From Candidatus Kuenenia stuttgartensis (GTDB lineage Bacteria; Planctomycetota; Brocadiia; Brocadiales; Brocadiaceae), in contig NZ_LT934425.1 in assembly GCF_900232105.1 (NCBI RefSeq), positions 4,374,154 to 4,406,153 on the forward strand: a DNA stretch of 32,000 bases. The letters run 5' to 3'. The notes beneath the pieces are model-generated. The model was not told where the DNA came from and did not search any database. It saw only the letters and a list, made by a program, of their open reading frames with translations. The translations under genes and the position numbers were made by a program. Of this stretch, positions 1 through 8,329 are shown in pieces; position 1 is the stretch's first letter; each line of letters opens with the position of its first letter.

Positions 1-1
1 C

Positions 2-493
2 CATATTAACCCTGCAGTAACAATATCTTTTTGGATCACGAAAAGAATGGAGCCTAACACTGCAATTATGTACATAATTTCTCAGATCGGCGGAGCTATT
101 TTAGGCGGGTTTGCATTGCGAACTATTTTTCCTGACGCATTAAGTAGTATTCATCTAGGGACGAGCACACTAGCCGCAGGCGTCTCCATTGAAAGAGGCA
201 TACTGATGGAATTTATTATATCGTTCCTCCTGATCTTTACCATCTATGGGACACTCGTAGATAAAAGGGCTTCTGGGGGTTTTGCCGGACTAGCGGTTGG
301 GTTGGTAGTATTGTTTGGCTCGCTGGTTGGCGGGACAATTAGTGGCGGGGCAATGAATCCTGTACGCGTTTTTGGCCCTGCGATTGCTTCTGGCCAATTT
401 ACTAATCATTACGTTTGGTGGATAGGCCCAATACTTGGCGGTATTGCGGCAGGCATTGTTTATGACAAGCTTTTCGCCGAACGTAAAAAATAA
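2..493 (+). CDS. MIP family channel protein (aquaporin/glycerol facilitator), 5'-truncated by window edge
   Basis: In-frame translation continues upstream of the listed ATG (47): HINPAVTISFWITKRMEPNT..., giving the first NPA motif. The second NPV motif is in SGGAMNPVRVFGPAI. Several hydrophobic segments. Confidence 0.93.
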   Translation, partial: HINPAVTISFWITKRMEPNTAIMYIISQIGGAILGGFALRTIFPDALSSIHLGTSTLAAGVSIERGILMEFIISFLLIFTIYGTLVDKRASGGFAGLAVGLVVLFGSLVGGTISGGAMNPVRVFGPAIASGQFTNHYVWWIGPILGGIAAGIVYDKLFAERKK

Positions 494-541
494 CGTGCAG
501 TTGACGAAAGAGGTTTAAATAAGAAATATATAAATAGGAAG

Positions 542-579
542 ACGGCAATAGGTAGCGCATTTACCTATTGCCGTTTTTT
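542..579 (+). terminator. Rho-independent terminator after the aquaporin gene
   Basis: Perfect 13-bp stem ACGGCAATAGGTA/TACCTATTGCCGT, 7-nt loop GCGCATT, followed by a T run. Confidence 0.88.
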
Positions 580-596
580 CATTGAATTGAAGGGTT

Positions 597-1250
597 GTGC
601 ATTTGTTTGATATCGACATAGTTCTCTCCAAAATAAAGCATAAAAACAAAGAGTTTGCCGAGCCTGCCGTTACAACTATTTCCAGGAAACGAACTCCTTT
701 TCACGTATTGATATCCTGCCTTTTAAGTTTGCGGACAAAAGATCAAACCACCAGAGCAGCCTCAGAACGGCTCTTTGCGATTGCGGATAATCCCGAAGAT
801 ATGAAAAAGATCCCTTCGCAAAAACTGGAAAAACTAATCTATCCGGTAGGTTTCTACCGGAGAAAAGCGGTCACTATTCAGGAAATTTGTGAAACACTTA
901 CAAAAGATTACGAAGGTAAAGTCCCCGATGAAATAGATGAGCTGTTGAAACTAAACGGCGTTGGACGAAAAACAGCAAATTTGGTAGTTTCCCTGGGATA
1001 CAAAAAACCGGGGATTTGCGTTGACGTCCATGTGCATAGGATTACTAATCGTTGGGGCTACATAAAGACAAAAACTCCGGCAGAAACTGAATGTGCCCTC
1101 CGCAAAAAACTCCCCGCAAAATATTGGTTGTGTATCAATGATCTTCTCGTTACTTACGGTCAGAATATTTGTGTCCCAATTTCACCGAAATGCAGTCTTT
1201 GCCCGGTAAATAGTTATTGTAAAAAAGCAGGGGTAACACGGCACAGATGA
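597..1250 (+). CDS. nth: Endonuclease III (HhH-GPD DNA glycosylase/AP lyase, [4Fe-4S])
   Basis: LNGVGRKTA (catalytic Lys), VDVHVHR (catalytic Asp), C-terminal C-X6-C-X2-C-X5-C cluster (CVPISPKCSLCPVNSYC). Confidence 0.93.
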   Translation: MHLFDIDIVLSKIKHKNKEFAEPAVTTISRKRTPFHVLISCLLSLRTKDQTTRAASERLFAIADNPEDMKKIPSQKLEKLIYPVGFYRRKAVTIQEICETLTKDYEGKVPDEIDELLKLNGVGRKTANLVVSLGYKKPGICVDVHVHRITNRWGYIKTKTPAETECALRKKLPAKYWLCINDLLVTYGQNICVPISPKCSLCPVNSYCKKAGVTRHR

Positions 1251-1321
1251 ATGCGATTTCATAAATAATGCGAAAAAAGGCGATATACATAAATAAGCAT
1301 CTGCAATGACATTTTGATAGA

Positions 1322-2218
1322 TTGGGAAACAATATGAGACCTCCTTGGATAAGGGCAAAATTCCCGTCAGGTAAAGGTTTCACGGAAATAAGGGAGATAC
1401 TGCAGGAATATCGGTTGCAGACCGTGTGCGATGCGGCTTTGTGCCCCAATATCGGCGAATGCTACAATCAAAAAACGGCAACGTTTCTAATACTGGGCGG
1501 TGTATGTACCAGAAAATGCGGGTATTGTGCCGTTACAAAAGGAACCGCTGCGACACTGGATGAAGAAGAACCATATCGGGTCGCTACGGCTGTCAGGAAA
1601 ATGGGATTAAAATATGTCGTTATCACATCAGTAACCAGGGATGATATCACAGACGGCGGTGCGGGCATCTTTGCACAAACGATTCAATGTGTTCGTGATT
1701 TTGTTAATGATTGCAAGGTGGAAGTATTGATTCCTGATTTTGGGGGTTCCGTTGATGCGTTATGGACGGTATTGGATGCAAGGCCTGATGTTTTAAATCA
1801 TAATATAGAAACTGTTCGCCGTTTGTATCCAATAGTAAGACCTGGGGCTGATTATGAAAGATCACTGCAATTATTGCGTATTGCAAGTGAAGAGAGGCTG
1901 CTTATGCCAACAAAATCAGGGATCATGCTGGGATTGGGAGAACAATGGGATGAGATAACAGAGGTTCTACACGATATTAAAAATACCGGTTGTGAAATAA
2001 TAACGTTGGGACAGTATCTTCGTCCAAATAAAAACGCCTTACCTGCTAAACGGTATTATACACCTATGGAGTTTGAAAGATTACAACGGGAAGGAGAAAA
2101 AATGGGTTTCCGTTGTGTTGAGTCCGGCCCCCTGGTAAGAAGCTCTTACCATGCAAAGGCACAATCAGAGAGTATTTTAGAAAAAAAACCAGAAATTATA
2201 CAAAAAACCCATAATTAA
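1322..2218 (+). CDS. lipA: Lipoyl synthase (radical SAM)
   Basis: CDAALCPNIGEC, radical SAM CTRKCGYC, NHNIETV, GIMLGLGE, TLGQYLRP motifs. Confidence 0.96.
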   Translation: MGNNMRPPWIRAKFPSGKGFTEIREILQEYRLQTVCDAALCPNIGECYNQKTATFLILGGVCTRKCGYCAVTKGTAATLDEEEPYRVATAVRKMGLKYVVITSVTRDDITDGGAGIFAQTIQCVRDFVNDCKVEVLIPDFGGSVDALWTVLDARPDVLNHNIETVRRLYPIVRPGADYERSLQLLRIASEERLLMPTKSGIMLGLGEQWDEITEVLHDIKNTGCEIITLGQYLRPNKNALPAKRYYTPMEFERLQREGEKMGFRCVESGPLVRSSYHAKAQSESILEKKPEIIQKTHN

Positions 2219-2341
2219 CTCCGAAGGGGTGATATAATTTTATCTTTCATGAAACACCGGACAGTGGCGATTATGTCATCCCTTCGGGATTAGGCGTGGT
2301 TTTACCGTGTTTTTCTATAATCATATTACCCCTTCGGGGTT
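2217..2341. repeat. Inverted-repeat region containing CCGAAGGGG motifs
   Basis: AACTCCGAAGGGGTGATAT (2217 onward) is inversely matched by ATATTACCCCTTCGGGGTT (ending 2341), with another CCCTTCGGGA inside. Confidence 0.6.
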
Positions 2342-2357
2342 CTCCTTTTTTCCCGGA

Positions 2358-2412
2358 ATTTTTCAAAAAGCTAAAGTGTTACCTTTTTTTGTAACCGTTT
2401 AGCTTTTTGAAA
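2358..2412. repeat. Long A/T-rich stem-loop immediately upstream of thiD
   Basis: TTTTTCAAAAAGCTAAAGTGTTAC pairs with GTAACCGTTTAGCTTTTTGAAAAA (22/24), with a short T-rich loop. Confidence 0.75.
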
Positions 2413-2426
2413 AAACACCATGAAAA

Positions 2427-3263
2427 ATGAATAAACAAGCAATTCCTTTATTTAAAGCGCTTACGATAGCCGGCTCCGATAGTATTGGCGGAGCGGGTAT
2501 ACAGGCGGACATGAAAACCATCGCGGCATTGGGAGGATATGCGGCCACTGCAATCACCGCGTTAACGGCACAAAACACGCTGGGAGTACATGCCGTCTAT
2601 GAAATTCCTGCTTCCTTTGTTGCGCGGCAAATTGACGCAGTAGTATCCGATACTGGCGCCGACATCGTCAAAACAGGAATGTTGTACAGCAAGGATATCA
2701 TTGAAACGGTTGCCTCCAGGCTCAAACATTATGCGCTTTCACCTGTTGTCGTCGATCCCGTCATGCTGTCAAAAAATGGAGCGGCACTATTGGCCGAAGA
2801 TGCCATTCCGGCCTTGATCTCTCAATTGTTTCCCTTGGCTTTCATCGTTACGCCAAATATTCCGGAAGCCGCACATATTTCGGGCATAAAAATTCAAAAT
2901 ATCACAGATGCAGAAAAGGCTGCAAAATACATACACAAACTCGGCCCCGCAAACGTACTAATAAAAGGCGGCCATGCTCTGCATTCAAGTGATATAAAGA
3001 GCAGCAATACGGTAATTGATATTTTGTACACTGGAAAATCCTTTGCATATATTGAAGGCGAGTATCTCCCCGCAAAACATGTCCATGGTACCGGATGCGT
3101 CTATGCCTCCGCAATCGCAGCGTATCTTGCGAAAGGATGCGGCATCGCGGAAGCTGTTCGGCAGGCAAAAAAATTTGTCGTTCTGTGTATTAAAAAATCA
3201 TTCTCTCCGGGCAGGGGATATGATGTTATGGAGCCGTTTAGTACCTTAGCGCCTTATCAGTAA
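2427..3263 (+). CDS. thiD: Hydroxymethylpyrimidine/phosphomethylpyrimidine kinase
   Basis: ALTIAGSDSIGGAGIQADMKT, VVDPVMLSKNG, VLIKGGH, HVHGTGCVYASAIAAYLAKG. Confidence 0.95.
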   Translation: MNKQAIPLFKALTIAGSDSIGGAGIQADMKTIAALGGYAATAITALTAQNTLGVHAVYEIPASFVARQIDAVVSDTGADIVKTGMLYSKDIIETVASRLKHYALSPVVVDPVMLSKNGAALLAEDAIPALISQLFPLAFIVTPNIPEAAHISGIKIQNITDAEKAAKYIHKLGPANVLIKGGHALHSSDIKSSNTVIDILYTGKSFAYIEGEYLPAKHVHGTGCVYASAIAAYLAKGCGIAEAVRQAKKFVVLCIKKSFSPGRGYDVMEPFSTLAPYQ

Positions 3264-3324
3264 CTTCTTTGCACACTTCCATTCGTCAGTGCGTGTTTTT
3301 TGGCAAAATATTTAATGGTGAAAT
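3237..3324. repeat. Dispersed repeat, copy 1 (overlaps thiD 3' end)
   Basis: 3252-3324 matches 27271-27343 at 71/73 positions; the preceding TTTAGTACCTTA is also shared, with an 8-nt GCGCCTTA-type indel between. Confidence 0.85.
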
Positions 3325-3334
3325 CCGGAATGCT

Positions 3335-3538
3335 AAATACTAAATCCGAAACAAATTCTAATGACAAAATAATTTGAACTTCTGAACAAATGCATCTTTC
3401 ATATCTCGCATTTCATGCTTAATATTGTTGCCTGCCTCTGCGTTGTCGCATGCAGACAGGTATGTTTTGGATTTGTTTCGAATTTTATGTTTTGTCATTA
3501 CAATTTGTTTCATATTTTGTACTTCGAGTTTAGTATTT
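3335..3538. repeat. Non-coding inverted-repeat element
   Basis: AAATACTAAAtcCGAA...ACAAATTCTAATGACAAAA (3335-3371) is mirrored by TTTTGTCATTACAATTTGTTTC...CTTCGAGTTTAGTATTT (3490-3538). Confidence 0.55.
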
Positions 3539-3711
3539 TTTATACCTTACTTGTTTGGTTCTGGCTATGCCAGTTTAGGGCATTACAATTCCCTTGAATT
3601 AGCTTGTTTAGGCTGTTATACTTTTTAAAAGTGGCAAGCCTCTCCTGATTTACATCGCGATAAATATCTCTTTTAAATTCGTTGTTTGTAGGTAATTGAG
3701 GAAGCGATAGT

Positions 3712-4347
3712 ATGCAACAAGCCGTTAGCCTGGAATCAAGCGTGCTCGTATTAAACAAGTTTTTCATGGCGCTCCATGTAATCTCTGCGAAACGGGCATT
3801 CACATTGCTATGTAAGCACATTGCTGAGGTTGTTTCCGTGGATGAGGGAAAATATAATTCCTATAATTTTGAAAGCTGGAGGGATGTTTCTTCGTACAAG
3901 GTCTCGCTCGGTTTAACAGACGACGACACTACGAGTTGGGTAAAAACTGTTTCCTTTTCCATTGAGGTGCCAAAGATTATCCGGCTCTTAACATACGACA
4001 AATTTCCTCAATCTTCTTTGAAATTTAACAGAAGGAATATTTTTGCCAGAGATGAAAATAAATGTCAATACTGCAGCAAACGTTTTCCGGTTTCAGAATT
4101 AAGTTTTGATCATGTTATACCAAGGGCGCATGACGGAAAAACCACGTGGGAAAACGTGGTATGTGCATGTACTGAATGCAACAAAAGAAAAGGCGGCAGG
4201 ACTCCTGAACAGGCGGGAATGAAGTTGACCAGAATACCCGTAAAACCAAAACACAGCCCTGTATTGAGATTGAAACTCCGGTTTGAAAAATATGAATCGT
4301 GGAAACAATTTTTGGACGAAGCGTATTGGTCGGTTCCATTAAAATAG
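3712..4347 (+). CDS. HNH endonuclease family protein
   Basis: CQYCSKRFP...LSFDHVIPRAHDGKTTWENVVCACTECNKRKGG: paired CxxC motifs with an HNH core. Confidence 0.9.
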   Translation: MQQAVSLESSVLVLNKFFMALHVISAKRAFTLLCKHIAEVVSVDEGKYNSYNFESWRDVSSYKVSLGLTDDDTTSWVKTVSFSIEVPKIIRLLTYDKFPQSSLKFNRRNIFARDENKCQYCSKRFPVSELSFDHVIPRAHDGKTTWENVVCACTECNKRKGGRTPEQAGMKLTRIPVKPKHSPVLRLKLRFEKYESWKQFLDEAYWSVPLK

Positions 4348-4410
4348 TCCCCCCCCTACCAAAGCCTTCATACAATAAACTATCGACACAGTAATTAATC
4401 CAGCTTTGCC

Positions 4411-5502
4411 TTGTCCACATCTTCAATAAAAAAATATTATTTGTGTTTGATAAGGAAAGAGCTTTCCGGCATACTGCCTGAGATTCTCCGGCAAATGCTC
4501 TATCTGTTATCGAAAATATACGGGTTTTCCATAAAAACTCGTATTTTTTTTTACAGAAAAGGCATTTTGAAAACATACCGGCTGCCCGTGCCAGTAATCA
4601 GCGTCGGAAATATTACTACAGGCGGAACGGGGAAAACCCCTGTTGTTGAATACCTGGCAAAATATGCTGGGAAAAAAGGCAAAAGGGTTATTATCATAAG
4701 CCGCGGATACGCGCCAATGATGCAACAGGGAAAAGATGCTGCAAGCAATGAAATGTGCAATGATGAACACCTCTTATTTAAAGAGAATATCCCCGGCATA
4801 ATGAATATATTGGGAAAAGACCGGGTAAAAAGCGGCTGGGAAGCCATAAATCGCCGTCAGGCAGAGTGCTTGTTGCTGGATGATGGTTTTCAGCACCTAC
4901 GGCTTTTACGGGATATGGACATTGTTCTTATTGATACACTGGAGCCTTTTGGATACGAATACACTTTGCCCCGTGGATTATTAAGAGAACCATTGGAAGG
5001 ATTAAGAAGGTCAGATCTGTTTCTATTGACTCATACAGACCAAATTAGCCCTGAAAAAAAACAGACGGTAATCAACCGGCTCCGTGAAATTGCAAGAGAT
5101 GTTCCCGTAATAGAATCAATCCACAAACCAGTGCGTCTGGTTTTAGCAGCCGATGAAAAATCGTTTGGTACTGAATGGTTGGCCGGAAAGAAGGTTTTTG
5201 CTTTCTGCGCAATCGGAAATCCGTTATCGTTCAGGAAAAGCCTTGAGAGTTTAGGAGCGATACTGGTTGGTTTCCATGAATTTCCAGACCATCACGCATA
5301 TACTCCTTCGGATCTGCATATTTTAAACGGCGAAGCCAGATGCGCCTCTCCCGATGCAGTCGTCATTACGCAAAAAGACCGTGTAAAACTAGGAAAAGAC
5401 CTTGCCCGCTGGACGTTACCGGTATTAACGCTGAAGATGGAGATTTGTATTACAAAAGGAAGTGAAATTTTGCATAAAAAGTTAGATGAGAAATTAAATT
5501 GA
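4411..5502 (+). CDS. lpxK: Tetraacyldisaccharide 4'-kinase
   Basis: VPVISVGNITTGGTGKTPVVEYLA (Walker A-like), LLLDDGFQHLRLLRDMDIVLID, LPRGLLREP. Confidence 0.93.
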   Translation: MSTSSIKKYYLCLIRKELSGILPEILRQMLYLLSKIYGFSIKTRIFFYRKGILKTYRLPVPVISVGNITTGGTGKTPVVEYLAKYAGKKGKRVIIISRGYAPMMQQGKDAASNEMCNDEHLLFKENIPGIMNILGKDRVKSGWEAINRRQAECLLLDDGFQHLRLLRDMDIVLIDTLEPFGYEYTLPRGLLREPLEGLRRSDLFLLTHTDQISPEKKQTVINRLREIARDVPVIESIHKPVRLVLAADEKSFGTEWLAGKKVFAFCAIGNPLSFRKSLESLGAILVGFHEFPDHHAYTPSDLHILNGEARCASPDAVVITQKDRVKLGKDLARWTLPVLTLKMEICITKGSEILHKKLDEKLN

Positions 5503-5516
5503 AAGGAAAAGAATAA

Positions 5517-5687
<171 letters not shown>

Positions 5688-5763
5688 TCCAGGGGAACTT
5701 AAGGGAACCACAGATTTCACAGACTTCGTCGTGATCTCAGTCGAACGATTGCACAGATTAAAA

Positions 5764-5805
5764 ACAGGGTGGCACGGACAAACAAGTTTGTCCGTACCAC
5801 CCTGT
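5764..5805. repeat. Strong hairpin downstream of the ferredoxin
   Basis: ACAGGGTGGCACGGACAAAC AA GTTTGTCCGTACCACCCTGT: 19 of 20 stem positions pair, 2-nt centre. Confidence 0.85.
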
Positions 5806-5858
5806 ACCTAAGTGTTACAATATTTCTTGTTTTGTCTCATTAATGCCAGGAACAATAG

Positions 5859-6830
5859 ATGGAAAATCAGCATCATTGCGAAATCAGGAAATATACTCCT
5901 TTAGATCTTGGAAAGATTAGTACCTATTCAATAACAGAACGACAGAATCTTTCCAATATTCATCTTTTTGCCAAACCAACAGAACCCACTGACGGAATAA
6001 AGGCCTTTTTCGAATCTTTGCCAGAAATACTGGCTTCGGCAAATCTGCGCAAGGTTATTGATGCAATAGTCCTGGCGCGACAGAATAAGCGTCCGGTGGT
6101 AATGTCATTTGGGGCGCACGTAATCAAATGCGGTTTGTCACCGCTCATTATTGATTTGATGAAACGGAATATTATAACCGCCCTTGCAATGAATGGGGCT
6201 GCCGCTATTCACGATTACGAAATATCACTGATCGGCGCAACCTCGGAAGATGTGGCAGAAAGTCTGAGGGATGGAAGCTTTGGAATGACAAAAGAAACTC
6301 CTGAAGCATTTCAAATAGCCTCTTCAAGGGGAGCAACTGAGGGCATCGGATTGGGAAGGGCAATGGGAGAAAAGATTATTGCGGATAACAAAGCCTATAC
6401 CGATCTGAGTTTATTGGCCTGGAGTGCGAAACTGGATATCCCGTCCACCGTACATGTTGCGTTCGGCACAGACACTATTTACATGCATCCTAACATTTCA
6501 GGCAAAGACATGGGCGAATCCAGTCATATTGATTTCAGGATACTTGCTTCAATAGTATCCGATTTGGAGGGTGGCGTCTGGCTCAACGTTGGGTCTGCTG
6601 TCATCATGCCGGAGGTGTTTCTTAAAGCGCTTACCATAGCAAGAAACGTGGGGAACAAAGTGGAAAATTTTGTAACGGTAAACATGGACATGATCCAGCA
6701 CTACCGGCCGCAAACCAATGTATTAAAAAGGCCTACCCGTACCGGATACGCACTCACCGGACACCACGAAATCATGTTCCCCCTGCTCAGAATGGGCATT
6801 CTTTCAAGACTTGGCTCTGAAAATGAGTAA
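5859..6830 (+). CDS. Deoxyhypusine synthase-like family protein
   Basis: MSFGAHVIKCGLSPLIIDLMKRNIITALAMNGAAAIHDYEISLIGATSEDVAE resembles bacterial DHS-like proteins; family assignment is from memory of motifs. Confidence 0.55.
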   Translation: MENQHHCEIRKYTPLDLGKISTYSITERQNLSNIHLFAKPTEPTDGIKAFFESLPEILASANLRKVIDAIVLARQNKRPVVMSFGAHVIKCGLSPLIIDLMKRNIITALAMNGAAAIHDYEISLIGATSEDVAESLRDGSFGMTKETPEAFQIASSRGATEGIGLGRAMGEKIIADNKAYTDLSLLAWSAKLDIPSTVHVAFGTDTIYMHPNISGKDMGESSHIDFRILASIVSDLEGGVWLNVGSAVIMPEVFLKALTIARNVGNKVENFVTVNMDMIQHYRPQTNVLKRPTRTGYALTGHHEIMFPLLRMGILSRLGSENE

Positions 6831-7467
6831 AAAAAATACCCTATTGAAAATATACCGCAAAATGTACGATTCTCTGGGACCTCAACAATGGTGGCCTGGA
6901 GAAACACCGTTTGAAATTATCATTGGCGCTATATTGACCCAGAATACCAATTGGTCAAATGTTGAAAAGGCTATCAATAATATAAAAAAAGTAAACAAAC
7001 TTACCCCAAAGGGAATACATTCGCTAAGTTTGCCGGAACTGGCGGAACTGGTCAGGCCTTCAGGGTTTTTTAATGTCAAGGCAAAGCGTGTTAAAACATT
7101 TGTCAACTGGCTGTTTTCAAAATATGAGGGCAATCTCACCGCCATGTTTCATCAGGACTGCCGGACGCTTCGTGAAGAATTGCTTAGCATAAACGGCATT
7201 GGACCGGAAACGGCGGATTCGATTCTGCTTTACGCAGGCAATATGCCTACTTTTGTCATAGACGCCTATACGCACAGGATATTTTCGCGGCACGGCCTTG
7301 TTCCTGAAGAAAGCGCTTACGATGAAATGAAATCTTTTTTTGAAGACAACCTCCCCGAAGACACTAAATTATTCAATGAATACCATGCCCTGATCGTGAA
7401 CATCGGAAAGTTGTTTTGCAAACCCAAAAGGGTGTGTGAACAGTGCCCTCTGCTTGAGTTTTTGTAA
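6811..7467 (+). CDS. HhH-GPD superfamily DNA glycosylase (endonuclease III-like / MagIII-like)
   Basis: GETPFEIIIGAILTQNTNWSNVEKA, LLSINGIGPETADSI, FVIDAYTHRI, C-terminal CKPKRVCEQC. Confidence 0.85.
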   Translation: MALKMSKKNTLLKIYRKMYDSLGPQQWWPGETPFEIIIGAILTQNTNWSNVEKAINNIKKVNKLTPKGIHSLSLPELAELVRPSGFFNVKAKRVKTFVNWLFSKYEGNLTAMFHQDCRTLREELLSINGIGPETADSILLYAGNMPTFVIDAYTHRIFSRHGLVPEESAYDEMKSFFEDNLPEDTKLFNEYHALIVNIGKLFCKPKRVCEQCPLLEFL

Positions 7468-7536
7468 CTATTCGGAGTAAACACTACGGTCTAACATGAT
7501 AGCATCAGGCGCTTATCACATCACATCCTTTGTTGC

Positions 7537-7596
7537 CCAATGGCGCCCATCAGCCGCAACGCTTTTTGGCGTCGGCTGGATGGGATTGTTAGTCAA
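7537..7596 (-). repeat. attC-like site 3 (end of the first cassette array)
   Basis: Minus strand: GACTAACAATCCCATCCAGCCGACGCCAAAAAGCGTTGCGGCTGATGGGCGCCATTGGGC. CCCATCCAGCCG pairs with CGGCTGATGGG apart from one extra base; it starts just after the stop of the 7604 ORF. Confidence 0.7.
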
Positions 7597-7603
7597 TAAT
7601 TCC

Positions 7604-7873
7604 TCACGCCGCGTGTAGCGGCGCCAACTCTTTATTGCTGATTCTCGACAACCCAAGCTTTACCAATACACAGTTAATATCATCAGCAGTTACATTGGAT
7701 GGCGCCGTGATCTCAATACCTATAGGATTACCGCTTTCACCAAAATCAATAATTAGTCCCTGACCCGCCTTAGCAGTTTTACGGCTTTTCTCCCCTTGCT
7801 GACGTGGTAAATACAGATATGCAGCAAGTGGCTGACCGTGACGAAATGTTACTTCAAGATATGGCTCTTTCAT
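7604..7873 (-). CDS. DUF2283-like small protein, cassette-borne
   Basis: PYLEVTFRHGQPLAAYLYLP...GLIIDFGESGNPIGIEITAPSNVT resembles DUF2283; starts 1 nt after the stop of the upstream gene. Confidence 0.6.
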   Translation of the reverse strand: MKEPYLEVTFRHGQPLAAYLYLPRQQGEKSRKTAKAGQGLIIDFGESGNPIGIEITAPSNVTADDINCVLVKLGLSRISNKELAPLHAA

Positions 7874-7874
7874 T

Positions 7875-8147
7875 TCATTCCTCCCAAACTGGATATGCAG
7901 TAATGACTACGAGTAAATTCGAAGTACTATCTGGTTCAACAATAACTTCCCAGGGATGTTGCAAGTGATGTGTCGTAATAATCCAACGTCCTTCTATTAT
8001 GTCCTGGTGATACGATTTCGCATGATGTAACATCTTTCTCAGATCAATCTCATTAAATTGACGATCAATCATACGTTTTAGCACATGTGGGCATAGCTCC
8101 AATTCCCAATCCCACCAATTTGGCCATTGATTTTTCTTCAAATTCAA
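7875..8147 (-). CDS. DUF4258-like small protein, cassette-borne
   Basis: CPHVLKRMIDRQFNEIDLRKMLHHAKSYHQDIIEGRWIITTHHLQHPWEVIVEPD...LLVVITAYP resembles DUF4258. Confidence 0.6.
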   Translation of the reverse strand: MNLKKNQWPNWWDWELELCPHVLKRMIDRQFNEIDLRKMLHHAKSYHQDIIEGRWIITTHHLQHPWEVIVEPDSTSNLLVVITAYPVWEE

Positions 8148-8190
8148 TCGTTCTTTAAAAATTTTGCAATTCTTTGAGTTTTCTCTCTTA

Positions 8191-8311
8191 GGCTAACGAC
8201 CCAGCTCACTTGCCCGCCGGTCACGACCGATAACATGGCCGAAGTTAATAAAGGTGACTTTGTTCAGAGACCCGCCGATGTTCGCGGGTCAAGTGCAGCC
8301 GCTGGTTAGCG
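8191..8311 (-). repeat. attC-like site 2 (long type)
   Basis: Minus strand CTAACcagcggctgCACTTGaCCCGC...GCGGGCAAGTGagctgggtcGTTAG: outer CTAAC/GTTAG boxes, inner pairing with bulges, about 121 nt. Confidence 0.65.
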
Positions 8312-8329
8312 ATTTTTATATGATTCTGT

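Noticed and set aside
3415-3628. Two small ORFs 3415-3597 and 3425-3628
   Set aside because: They read through the non-coding inverted-repeat element and have low-complexity Phe/Leu/Cys-rich content.
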